Source: Catajapyx aquilonaris | Taxonomy: Eukaryota | Direction of reading: 5' to 3' | Assembly (NCBI GenBank): GCA_000934665.2 | Contig: KZ539018.1 | Location: forward strand, 1 to 36,458 | DNA: 36,458 nt | Shown here: positions 1-10,147 of the stretch, in pieces | Layout of the letters: every line of letters starts with the position of its first letter | How positions within the stretch are numbered: position 1 is the stretch's first letter | Position numbers and translations under genes: made by a program | The notes under the pieces: generated by a model | Databases searched by the model: none | What the model was told of the DNA's origin: nothing | What the model saw: only the letters and a program-made list of their open reading frames with translations

Positions 1-201
1 GGGGCAACAGCATGGCCTGCGTCATGCGACATATTGCGCCGCGTTATTGTTGCGTGGCTTCTGCTGTTGGGTTGTATCAGGGGAGGGTCGCTCATATGGG
101 TTCAAACCACGATCATATTTGTAAAATAAACAATAGGAAAATCAGGAAGGATTTATAGCATAGAATTAGCCAATTTTTAAAGCATTGGTTCAACTTGGAT
201 C

Positions 202-349
202 ATATTAAAGGGAAAGTTTGTTGGTTTGTCAAATTTATACCAATATTTCGGGCCAAATTTCAGCTCGACGTCAGGTGGGTTCAACGAACGACTTGCCCTG
301 AAATTGGCATTAAATTGACAAACAAACAAACATTGCTTTTTATATAAAG
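202..349. mobile_element. Foldback element with (TTTG)n-containing inverted arms resembling the Helitron-like 5' ends at 23060 and 23225
   Basis: TATTAAAGGGAAAGTTTGTTGGTTTGTCAAATTT (from about 203) is an imperfect inverted repeat of ATTAAATTGACAAACAAACAAACATTGCTTTTTATATA (about 309-346). Confidence 0.5.
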
Positions 350-1265
350 TCGTACCATTTTTATACCCAGCGTCACTTGTTCGTTGAATCCATCCCTTAT
401 TGTTATACGTCGAGATAAAAATGCATGAACGGCAAGTGTCATATGTGTCCCCAGGGTACATTGTACCCCCTCCGTGTGCAAGGGTAGGGGAAATCAGGTT
501 CGAACAATGTGGTCCTCAGCAGGGGGTTGCTTTTGCGGAGGCCAAGGGCAACATATGGCTCTAGGGTTGCGTATATATTTTCCACAAAATCACAGCCTCA
601 TCCACCACTCATCCTAAGCGGTTTTTTCCCCACTTATTTATATTTAAGTGGAAATTCCTATAGATGCATCGTATACTTGTAAGAGGAAAATTTTTCGCTC
701 ATATACAGTATATCCAGGCAGGTCAAAGCAGGGGGTCCAGGTTTGATTGATTCTGAATCCCCGAGTGCAAATTGAATCACGTGCCAGACCTGGTCCTGAC
801 TCGCCCCATTTCACGCCTCGTCAATGACTGTTAAAGACAGCTTTTTCCGGGGCGACGCATTGTGTTCGACATGTTCCGCCGACTAATCTACTTTCCTCAT
901 CTCATTACTTGTCCTTTCTTTTCTCTGCTCTCTTGTCCCCATCCCTACATTGTGTGTGTGTGACCTGCATTGTTCTGACCACTCGTTTGTCTTCATCCGG
1001 GGTCTGAGGCTCTCCAACTAAACATATTTTGCAATGTTGATAGGAAAAGGGGACTAGGAAGACTCTCTGTGGGAGATTTAAGGGAACTATTGTGATGACG
1101 CCATGTTTTTCGACCCTCTAGCGGTAAAATGAGGCACAAATCCAAGATGGCCGATAAGTAGCTGTGACTCCGGGGGAAGCCCAATATCATTGATACTGCC
1201 AACCGTGCAAGCTGCGCGAACGGTGGTGCGCACTCGGTTGAGCTCTTACAAAAATTCATGTAGTA

Positions 1266-1609
1266 CAGTGCTGGACAAATTAGCCGTCGCTGAATGTTTT
1301 TTTCCGGCGGCTGCGGCGGCGGCGTTACCTGGCAACCCTGTCCGACAGGCCAATTCAAACATCAACCCATGGAGAGTGCTTCGATTGTTGCCACTGCTTA
1401 CAAATCGAGTGAGTGACGCGGACGACCCTGCGACGGGTCTCTTCTGCCTGCGCACTCACTCACTCGATTTGTAAACAGTGGCAACAATGGAAGCGCTCTC
1501 CATGGGCTGATGTTTGAATTGGCCTGCCGGACAGGGTTGCCAGGTAACGCCGCCGCCGCCGCAGCCGCCGGAAAGAAACATTCAGCGACGGCTAAGATGT
1601 CCAGCACTG
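1266..1609. mobile_element. Hairpin MITE, Tc1/mariner-type, CAGTGCTGG termini (344 bp)
   Basis: Near-perfect inverted arms of about 150 bp (1266-1416 and 1459-1609); TA on both sides (1264-1265, 1610-1611); explains the mirror-image ORFs in the track. Confidence 0.88.
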
Positions 1610-2544
1610 TACCACTACCCCTCGCGCGACCCGGAGAGTGGCAATCTATAATGAGGGATATGGTACTATAAGTTTGGGCAAGGGCTGATTAATTGGTGTC
1701 CGTACATCTGGATCGCTCCCACAGTAAATAACGTCCCAAATGTGACAACACTACTGTCCCGGGTTGGGGAATTCGTCTCGCTCCATTCCAGGACTCGCTG
1801 GTCGCGTGCGGGTCACGTGTCGATCGCGTGCGAGTCGCGTCCGTCACAAAATGCCAATCCAAGCGAAGCCGGCTGACTCACAATAAGGGTCGTGGGACAC
1901 AATAACGTGGAACATACGTCCTTATTTTTTCTCTCTCTCTCTCTTCGGGACATGTAACGAGCAGTCTCATTTAAGTAGTGGCGATAAGACTCTTGATGAC
2001 CTCCCAAAGAATGCGTCTATATGCCCAGGCTGTGCATATGCAAATTTAGGGGAGGCGAAGGAACGTCAAGAATCCCAACAGCGGTGATGCAAGTAATGGC
2101 AGCTCGTGAAGAATTTATTCCCGGCCGCCGCCCCGGGGACCCAATAAGGGATCCTTTATTACCCGGATATGAGTAGGCTATAAATATTTTATTAGAGGAG
2201 ATAGACAGGCCCCACTCTTGAGTGTGGGGTGGGGCCGGGTGCTGAATAATTCGGGAGGAGGGAGGGGGGGGGGGTGTTCATTCCATAAGGCCAAAGTTTT
2301 TGCAAACTTATCCGGGGGCGGAAAATACGGGTCGAAGGAATCTAACAAGTGGGAATCCGGGGGATTTAGAGGGGGACTCGCATCCCGATTGTTTTGTTTC
2401 CCTTCCAGGAAGACCAAGTAATCCGGGACACATTCGGGTAATTGCTTTGTCGCCTTTATACGGGCCAGGCATGTCAGATGAGGGCTTCTGTTTGTCCGGG
2501 GTGAGTCATCAGATGCATGAACGTATTATTTTTCATAAAAAATA

Positions 2545-2700
2545 AGTCTTATAGAACGGTTCTGTACGTCCGTCTGTCTGTGGACAGGTATCAGGACCTA
2601 AACAGTAAGAGACAGCGACAAACGGTTTTAGGATTCGGATTCAGCGGACCCTATATTAAAATAGGTTTCATGGTCAACTTCAGCTGACCGGCCACTTCCG
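2545..2700. mobile_element. Possible Helentron/DINE-like fragment
   Basis: GTCCGTCTGTCTGT microsatellite typical of DINE-1/HINE-type elements; termini not resolved. Confidence 0.3.
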
Positions 2701-3010
2701 GTTTTCCGCGTTCACTCAATCAGCCAATCAGTCCTTGGGATTTCTTACAACAGGAAGTGAGACTGATAGAATTATTGTCCAATTTGAATTTCCTGGGAAA
2801 TGAAGAAAAGTCTACTCGAATCACACTCGCGTGATTTGCCTACACTCTTGTTTTTACAAACGCAACTGTATATTTCGCCCACCGTGCACGGTTGGAATTA
2901 TCAATTATTAGTGGCTGCACTTATTTCCAATGTTACCCAAGGGCAGTGTTGTCAGAACAATGGAGCTACGCGAGTGTGGGTGCGCGCTCCTAAAGAATTC
3001 ATTTATAGTA

Positions 3011-3172
3011 CAGTGCTGGCCATATATCGAGGCAACCGCCAGCGACATTTTTCCGAAGCGGCAGAAGAAGGAATCTTGCTCGCCCGGCTTGTAGCATGCT
3101 TATCTTCGATTCCTTCTTCTGCCGCTTCGGAAAAATGTCGCTGGCGGTTACCTCGATATATGGCCAGCACTG
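3011..3172. mobile_element. Hairpin MITE, Tc1/mariner-type, CAGTGCTGG termini (162 bp)
   Basis: 65-bp inverted arms (3011-3075 and 3108-3172) with one mismatch; flanked by TA (3009-3010, 3173-3174). Confidence 0.88.
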
Positions 3173-4444
3173 TACCGTACTTCGCACGACTCTGAGCGTG
3201 GCAGTGCGCCATCTATGTGAGGAATGTGCCATGTTTGACCCAGCCATCAACGAACCATGCATTTTAATAATTAGCAATTGACATTTTTCCCCAGCGCTTT
3301 CATGTCTCGTAGAGCATCAAAATTACGCACAAGCCCATAAAGATGCAGGTTTTAGCCCCAGTTTTTTCAGTATTCCAAACCAGCATAGTAAGCATACTGC
3401 AGGGTTTTTATATGGGCCTTTCCCCCCTCCCCCCAACCCCCATCCGGCCAATGCAGAGTTGGAAAATTATGTTACTCATAAGCAGAAAGTTTCCAATTTA
3501 TCCTCCGGACCGCCCCGGAATAAAGTTGTCAGGTAGCTAAACTCTTCAATATTCATTCATATCTGCACAGTATGGGCTCCGGATAAAAAAAAAAACCTCC
3601 GCCATCCCATGGGAAGTGGGAAAAAAAAAAAAAAAATGCTGAAGCTACATCGACGTGAAATTTGCATATCGATCCTTTGGAGGCCTTATAATAACCTTTC
3701 ACAACACGCCCACATATTTTTTAAAGCTGGCAAAGTACAAGAAAATCAAAAAGTTTGTCCAGCTTATATGTTTGACAAAATAGGCAAAAAATTAATTAAA
3801 GGATCTTCCACTTTTTTTTTTAAATGAGGATTTGGGCAAATGTTCTTTTTCCGGTAGCTCGTCACGCAGTGTTCCGAAATATTTCCGGTGCAAAGCGGCT
3901 TGCGATGGGAAATAATCCGGGGGAGGGTGTTTCTTGTTGTTGTGTATAGTTAGCAGCTCTCTCTCTAAATTTTTTGGGGACCGCTTTCAGTGGAAAGGGG
4001 AGGGGAACAAAATTAATTCTTTCCGCACGGGCTGGTCTGTGAAGCATCGATCCCGGATCCCCGGAGTGACGGGGGAAGGTTCCCCCCAATTGTAAGGGTA
4101 TCGCCGGATTTTACGGGGGAGATGAGGGGAGAGAGAATAGTGCAAAAACAATACTCCTTCAGTCCCAAACGCCTTTGCCGTCATTAAATTGCAGTTCGAT
4201 AGGGGGGTCTGCAGGGGTTGAATTAATATTAATCGTGTTCAAGGAGAAAGGTCTGTATAACCCGGATTCTGGATGGTAATGGACATGATCGTGTCGAATT
4301 TTTTGGAGATTTCGAGTCATTACTCACTGCTCAAAATTTCGACAGCTACAATAGTTACAGTGTACAATAATTGGTCCGTAATGTAGTTAATTAAATTAAA
4401 CGAAATGAATACACTACACCGAGTGCGGATTATCCGTGAATTGC

Positions 4445-4666
4445 AAAAAAAAAAAAAAATGTCCGGGTCAGAAACTCCCCACTGACACCGCACCTCCTCC
4501 AGGGCAGGGAAGCGGCTGTGGCCTATTTTACGATACGATCCCGGGAATTTTTCCTGGGGCGACCTTGGGAAACCACAGAAAACCAAGGTCAGGATCGCCG
4601 GCCTCCGGAATTCGAACCCAGGACCTCCCGATTAGCAGTCGGACACCCACCACTACTGCTTCGGTG
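4445..4666 (-). mobile_element. tRNA-derived SINE
   Basis: On the - strand a tRNA-like head with B box GGTTCGAATTCC (4607-4618), then GGTTTTCTGTGGTTTCCC...GGGATCGTATC...ATAGGCCACAGCCGCTTCC, resembling the body of common arthropod SINEs; ends at a homopolymer tract (4445-4459). Confidence 0.75.
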
Positions 4667-5118
4667 TTTGTATCGATGCAGTTAATGGAAGGCTTTGATA
4701 AATTGCGATTTTTTAATGTGAATTAAGCAACTGGTTAAGTGATTAAACTGTGATGGTATGCCATTAGTAACATATGAATAATATGCATTTTGCATATTAC
4801 AAGCGCGTTCTGCAATTTCTGCATGATATATGTAAATAAATTACACACAGCTTAAAATGAAATTAATGCACCTATTTAATTTTCAAGAATTTGATATCAA
4901 AAATGGGTGGGTTCATCCCTTGAAAAGTTGATGAAAATAAGAGCTGACTTGTGCTTCTTTGTACTGGCCACCTCCTATCACTCATTAAGAATCTTCTATA
5001 ATTACCAAGGAGATTGCCTCAGACCTTCTTATTTTTGCCGGAACGAAAATGTGCTGCGATCAGGTCAAACAAAGGCTGTAAAATATTCCAGTCATGCTCT
5101 GCCTTCACCCCCCCCCCC

Positions 5119-5183
5119 NNNNNNNNNNNNNNNNNNNNNNNNNNNNNNNNNNNNNNNNNNNNNNNNNNNNNNNNNNNNNNNNN
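5119..5183. other. Assembly gap (also 13468-13476, 24941 and 28523-28528)
   Basis: N runs, each embedded in a poly-C or poly-G tract. Confidence 0.98.
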
Positions 5184-5662
5184 CCCCCCCCCCCCCTCCT
5201 CTCACAGGGGAAAAAAGAAAGAAGGGAAAATTTTACGTGATTGAAAATTCCTGCCGAGAAATCCGACGAGAGCAGACTGGATGTAAAATGGGTGATGAAT
5301 GAAGCGGTGAAATGAAGTGGAAGTGACCCGAACGACAAGGAAACGATTTATGGAAGTGTCGCCTTCTATTACAGCGCTCATTACGTCAGCCCAGGGCAAA
5401 AGGGAGGGTGAGAGTTACAACAAAAGATATCTCACCTCTTGACTTTTTACTCTTCGGACACAATGTTTACACATAGAGGTCTGATGATTTGAAAGCGGAA
5501 CAGTCAAGAGGGTTAAAAATGGACGTTGATTTATAGTCGACAAGTTTGGTCGTTAGGTCTAATGAGCAGCTAAAAATATTCATAAACATTATTTAAAATG
5601 TATTTAGTGTACTTGTCCAAGAGGTTTTGTCGTTATTCACACTATAGCAACCAGTTCTAATA

Positions 5663-5980
5663 CAGGGTGTTTCAACTTTTTTGTCCGAACAGTTATCGGA
5701 AAATTGCACGTAGCTGCTACTCTGTAAGCAGTGACTTGCAAACGGTGATTTTTCGGAGGAACGGGGAATATTCCCTGCTAATGGTAGGTTGAAGTGGCCC
5801 GCTGAAAATTGAGGGTCAAGCCTGGAAAAAAAGAGGTTCACACATGCCATGGGATGTGTGACCCTCTTTTTCCCCATTCCCCATTCCTCCGCCAAATCAC
5901 CGGTTGCAAGTCGCTGCTTACAAAGTAGCAGCTACGTGCAATTCTACGATAACTGTTCGGAAAAAAGTTGAAACACCCTG
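5663..5980. mobile_element. MITE family A, full copy (CAGGGTGTTTCAA termini, TA flanks)
   Basis: Long TIRs of about 100 bp plus an internal hairpin AAAAGAGG(G/T)TCACACAT...ATGTGTGACCCTCTTTT; similar copies at 7115, 22543 and 31759. Confidence 0.9.
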
Positions 5981-6769
5981 TATTATAATATGCACTAGAA
6001 AAACCCTCGCATTTTTTCTAGGGTACAAGCCTAGAAAGGCACTCGCTTCACCCCCTTTTTTCTAGGCCTGCGGTCTGCGGTGGTGCTGGACATGTTAATT
6101 CCCGTCACCCATCTATAGTCAAAGAGCTAATGCACTTCTGGAACCTCCAACTTTTCCAGTTGACATGGAAATGACCTAACAATATATGAGTAAACAGTGT
6201 CAACAAAAAGAACACTGTTTACTATGGTATTGTTGTGTGAGGGGGGGGGGGGCAATCGGAAGCATCGCGGTAACAATATGCGGTGGACCAATCAGAAGGC
6301 ATAGCCATAACAATATGAATAGGATTTTAATATCGCAGAAGGGCCACAATCGCCGTTTAAACAATCCATGTGATGGGTATGTATGTCCTGATAGATTCAT
6401 TAGATTAAAATTGCCCCTCACAAACCAGCCCACATTGAAGTGCATTTACATAGCGCAGATATGTCTCGTGTGTAAGCAACATGAGAATTCGGAAGGAAAT
6501 TGAACCCCGCTGAATAGATCATGTTGGCGTAGAAGCCTCACATAATAGTAGGCCCTACTCCAAATTGAATAAACTAGGCCTAGTGTTTGTAAAGTACTGA
6601 TTAGTTTCGATTAGGTAAGCAAAGCCTCGCACAGGTACACACTGTGTGTACAGTATTCGAAATACCCTTAAATAGTACATCAGGTACCGAGCGTGTAGCG
6701 CTCTCTGCTTAGACTGTTAGACAGCCACGTTAAGACCCACATTGATTTACGTACAAGTCACACGACACA

Positions 6770-7512
6770 TAGATTACTGTTACGCCCTTGGTTACGCCAT
6801 ATGGTACCGGTATGTAAGTTACGGTTACGGCTACGTCTTGTACTGGTACGTAAATTACGGTTACGTCACGAGGTGCGTAAGTATTATGGTTACGTTTACG
6901 TCGTGTCCTAAGTGTTACGCTTACGTCATGTTGTCAATTACAGTTACGGCTACGTCTTGTATGTAAATTACTTTTACGTTATGAGGTACGTAAATTACTG
7001 TTCCGGTTACGCCTTATGGTGTGTACGTTACGATTATGGCTACGTCTTGTGGTATATGTAAATTACGCTTTAGGGCATGAGGTACGTAAATTACGGATAC
7101 GGCTACGTACTGTCAAAGAGGGTCATGTCACACATGCCATGGGATGTGTGACCATCTTTTTTCCCCATTACCCCATTCCTCCGGCAAATCACCGGTTGCA
7201 AGTCACTGCTTACAAAGTAGCAGCTATGTGCAATTTTCCGATAACTGTTCGGACAAAAAAGTTGAAACACCCTGTATTTGTGGGTTGACTCATTATTGCA
7301 TAACACCGTCCAATTACGGTTACGGTTACGCCATACGGCATGTCAGTTACGTCTACGGCTACGTCCTGTCGCGTGTGTTACAGTCACGTCATGTTGTATG
7401 CAAATTACGGTTCCGCGGTATTGTATGTGTTACCGGTTAAGTCAATTACGGTTACATCTTTCGGTACATGAATTGCAAATTACATCTACTTCATACGGGA
7501 TACGTCTACGGC
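6770..7512. repeat. Degenerate minisatellite of about 27-35 bp (GTAAATTACGGTTACGGCTACGTC core) interrupted by a MITE half
   Basis: More than a dozen recognisable units at about 6770-7110 and 7310-7512. Confidence 0.8.
7115..7274. mobile_element. MITE family A, right half only
   Basis: Matches about 5828-5980; ends TTGAAACACCCTG followed by TA. Confidence 0.85.
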
Positions 7513-7544
7513 ATGTGCCATCCAATCGCTGCGTGTGCCACTAG

Positions 7545-7905
7545 CGTCACGTGACCAGGAGTTACCTGATTGGCCTTCGCGTTCTGGCAGAGGCTGATAT
7601 ATTCATGTGTCCGTCTGGGGCGTTGACGGCATATTGGAATGGACGTGCTGAATTAGGAAAGCACCTGTTTGTGTGAAGCATGGCCGTAGTTTGAAGAGAG
7701 GAGGAGGAGGAGGAGGAGAGGGTCGGACGGGGAGAGACGAGTTCCCACTGCACATCAGAATACATTTGGGTTTCATGGGGAGGGTTTGCAGGCAGAGCAG
7801 GCCATTGGGCGGCGCAGGTCCCTAAGACCCGCCTCGCTTCTCCCCCACTCGATGCTGCTGCTTCCTCCTATAAATCCATAGCCGGGGAAGGTGCCTCGCT
7901 TACTA
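7545..7905 (+). promoter_or_regulatory. Core/proximal promoter of the PRDM8-like gene
   Basis: TATAAAT at 7869-7875, pyrimidine-rich Inr-like CTTACT about 30 bp downstream (7899-7904), reverse CCAAT boxes (ATTGG near 7569 and 7804), GC-box-like CCCGCC near 7828, E-box GTCACGTGAC near 7546; a strong splice donor follows. Confidence 0.6.
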
Positions 7906-7992
7906 CGCGGACCACTCTCCTACAGGACTCAACTCTGCTGTTACACAACCCCTCCACAGGAACAGCACTTTGGATGGATCAGACCCGTCAAG
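7900..7992 (+). other. Predicted exon 1 (5' leader) of the PRDM8-like gene
   Basis: Lies between the TATA/Inr and the consensus donor AAG|GTAAGC (GT at 7993-7994). No ATG in frame with the main CDS; one out-of-frame ATG at 7974. Confidence 0.6.
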
Positions 7993-8776
7993 GTAAGCCA
8001 CAGTCTGGGGGGATATGACACTTAAACTACCGTTAGGACAAGCCTGGTGTTCAACTCAAATCACTATAACTGTAGCCAAACTCGACTATCATAAGTTCAG
8101 AAGTTGTTAAATTGTTCACACACCTGATACATATGCCGACTATAGAAGATTTTCTACTAACTTGCACATGGTTGAAGACACGAGTGTCCGAAACATTTTT
8201 TGGGGGGACTTTAGGTTTTGATTTTACGAACTATTTCAGTTACTCTATAGTAGAAGCTTTTTGGCTAATGAATGTGGCCAGCTTAATTTATTAAAAGCGG
8301 AATTAATGCCCGTGCAGTTATGCTAGATCAATGCTTTTGCGGGGAACCATTTGGCCAAGGCGGTCTGCGGGGGGGAGAGCAAGCTGCGTTCAATTATTCA
8401 AAAGGGCCGCTAATGGACAGCGTTATACTTACGGGTCTTGTAACAACGTGTTTCGGCACCACGTTCAATTTTTGACGGCCATGGAATAATTGAGCACATA
8501 CTATGTGGGGTTTAGGCCGCGGATACTGAAACCTATGCGTGGCCGCAAAATGTACGTTACCTGCTTTTAATTTTTTTTAAAAGGCTTGGCTTCACTACAG
8601 TCAAGTTGCTCATTGTTGTTAATGGCCACATGATTATTTACAACGGTGAAAGGCCCCGCAAATTGAACCTGTTACTATCCCTATTTATTGCTAAAAGTAG
8701 TCTAACCTACTAACTCATTGCCATTGTTGCACTCGAGTCCGCTATTAAAATATATACGAGTACTCACTTTTGACAT

Positions 8777-8819
<43 letters not shown>

Positions 8820-9144
8820 TTTGATATTTATTTGATACGCGATTAATTATATCTCTATTATTATGTGGGATAAAATGTGATTAAAACGGAGTGTGTCCCC
8901 TAATATGCGCAAGGGTATTAATACGTGGTATAGTAAACTAACTAAATAACTTGCTTACTTATTAACTTAACTAGCGAACGAACGAAATAAATAAATACCG
9001 TAAATACAGTGAATAAATAAATAAATAAATAAAATAAACTCATCCGTATAATTATGGACGCCGGCATATAATTTAAGCTTTACACTCTACCACGTGATTT
9101 GATTTAATTTCGGACAAAATTTGACTGTCCCGTTTGTTTGGCAG
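7993..9144 (+). other. Predicted intron 1 of the PRDM8-like gene
   Basis: GTAAGC donor; branch-point-like TTGAC at 9121-9125; tract CCCGTTTGTTTGG then CAG|G at 9142-9145, directly upstream of the CDS; AT-rich with microsatellites. Confidence 0.6.
8776..9037. repeat. Opposed (TTTA)n and (AAAT)n microsatellites in the predicted intron
   Basis: (TTTA)n at about 8776-8832 and (AAAT)n at about 8985-9037. Confidence 0.85.
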
Positions 9145-9151
9145 GTTCAGA

Positions 9152-10147
9152 ATGACCATGGATGTCCACGTTCACCGTCTGACCGACAACCCCGAAAGAG
9201 CGGGCACCTCAACGGCCAGCAGTGCCAGCACCCCAGTCACCGGAGTGTTCCTTCCTCGAGAATCCGGAGCACCGATCCGGCACAAACGGAGCTTCGACGT
9301 AGCTTTTCTGACCGGACAGGACACTCCGGAGAAGAAGCCGGATCCGGAAGCGTCCAATAAGCCGGACGTGAAGCCCCAGCAGGACATCCCAGGAAGTGCG
9401 TTCACCAAAGTGTCCAAGTGCGGCGACAGTAGCGTCCGAAATGTCTGTACGGACGTCCGGATGCCAACCCCTGGAGAATACGGGTTTCATCCTCACTTTG
9501 CAGCGTTGCCATTCCTGCATGGGTCGGCCGGAAAATCCATGGCCGTACCCTTGTTCGCACCCGGAGCACCCGGATCATCCGGATCCCATCTGCTACCACC
9601 GAAGCCTCTGCTGTTTCCTAACCTGAAGGAGCGACCTCAGGGTTCAAAATCCGGGTCGCTGATGGAAAACTACCTGAAAACTCAGCAGGCATTGTACGGG
9701 GATAAGGAGGTGCCATACCCGCCGACCACAGCTCCATCTGCGTTTCAAGCATCGGCGCTGACCTCCAAAATCAGGCCTGGATTGTACCCTGACCTTTACA
9801 ACTTTGCGCCGTACTCGTACCTGACCTTAGGGTCGGAACTGGCCAACAGACCACCGTTGCTGCCACCTAGCCCAGTGTCGACGCTGCTGCCTCCTTCGCT
9901 CACTGCGCTGACTCTACCTGCTCAGAACGTGTGCGCAAAGTGCAACGTGGGCTTCAGGATGACCTCGGACCTGGTCTACCACATGAGGTCACACCACAAG
10001 AGAGAGACAGATCCAATGAAGAGGAAGAGAGAGGACAAGCTCAAGTGTCCGGTGTGCAACGAGAGCTTCAGGGAGAGACATCACTTGACCAGACACATGA
10101 CGGCGCATCAGGATAAGGAAGAAGACGGAGAAAATCTGAACAAGTGA
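9152..10147 (+). CDS. PRDM8: PRDM8/ZNF488-family C2H2 zinc-finger transcription factor without a visible PR/SET domain (331 aa from ATG 9152, 329 aa from ATG 9158)
   Basis: Only long ORF in the window. The C-terminus AQNVCAKCNVGFRMTSDLVYHMRSHH...KRKREDKLKCPVCNESFRERHHLTRHMTAH closely matches the terminal finger pair of PRDM8/ZNF488 as I recall it; fingers at about 9932-9997 and 10046-10108, preceded by LLPPSLTALTLPAQN. The track start at 9134 is a TTG inside the acceptor region. ATG 9158 has an optimal Kozak context (ACCATGG). The symbol denotes the family; orthology needs a tree. Confidence 0.9.
   Translation: MTMDVHVHRLTDNPERAGTSTASSASTPVTGVFLPRESGAPIRHKRSFDVAFLTGQDTPEKKPDPEASNKPDVKPQQDIPGSAFTKVSKCGDSSVRNVCTDVRMPTPGEYGFHPHFAALPFLHGSAGKSMAVPLFAPGAPGSSGSHLLPPKPLLFPNLKERPQGSKSGSLMENYLKTQQALYGDKEVPYPPTTAPSAFQASALTSKIRPGLYPDLYNFAPYSYLTLGSELANRPPLLPPSPVSTLLPPSLTALTLPAQNVCAKCNVGFRMTSDLVYHMRSHHKRETDPMKRKREDKLKCPVCNESFRERHHLTRHMTAHQDKEEDGENLNK

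Noticed and set aside
1095..1160. Divergent ATGGC(G/C) motifs suggesting a bidirectional housekeeping promoter
   Set aside because: Both ATGs reach stops within five codons, and I found no associated exon or donor.
1190..1607. Similar ORFs on both strands (ECFFPAAAAAALPGNPVRQ)
   Set aside because: Artefact of translating a palindromic MITE; the same applies to 2800-3277.
2224..2275. G-quadruplex-capable G runs
   Set aside because: Poly-G/C runs are frequent throughout the window, so no locus-specific signal can be claimed.
4590..4666. tRNA gene
   Set aside because: A B box is present but I cannot fold a full cloverleaf, and it runs into a SINE body.
5433..5516. piggyBac-like ends (also TTAACCC near 31554)
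   Set aside because: Only a 10-bp inverted repeat with one intact TTAA; no partner end found for the second site.
5593..5895. Recurring peptides such as SSYVQFSDNCSDKKVETPC, suggesting a gene family
   Set aside because: All come from non-coding MITE family A copies; no transposase motifs.
6742..7544. Tyr/Gly-rich ORFs resembling a structural protein (YGYGY)
   Set aside because: Translation of the TTACGG minisatellite; the frame is broken and interrupted by a MITE.
9134..9151. ORF-track start MFGRFR
   Set aside because: TTG start within the intron acceptor region; the real start is ATG 9152 or 9158.
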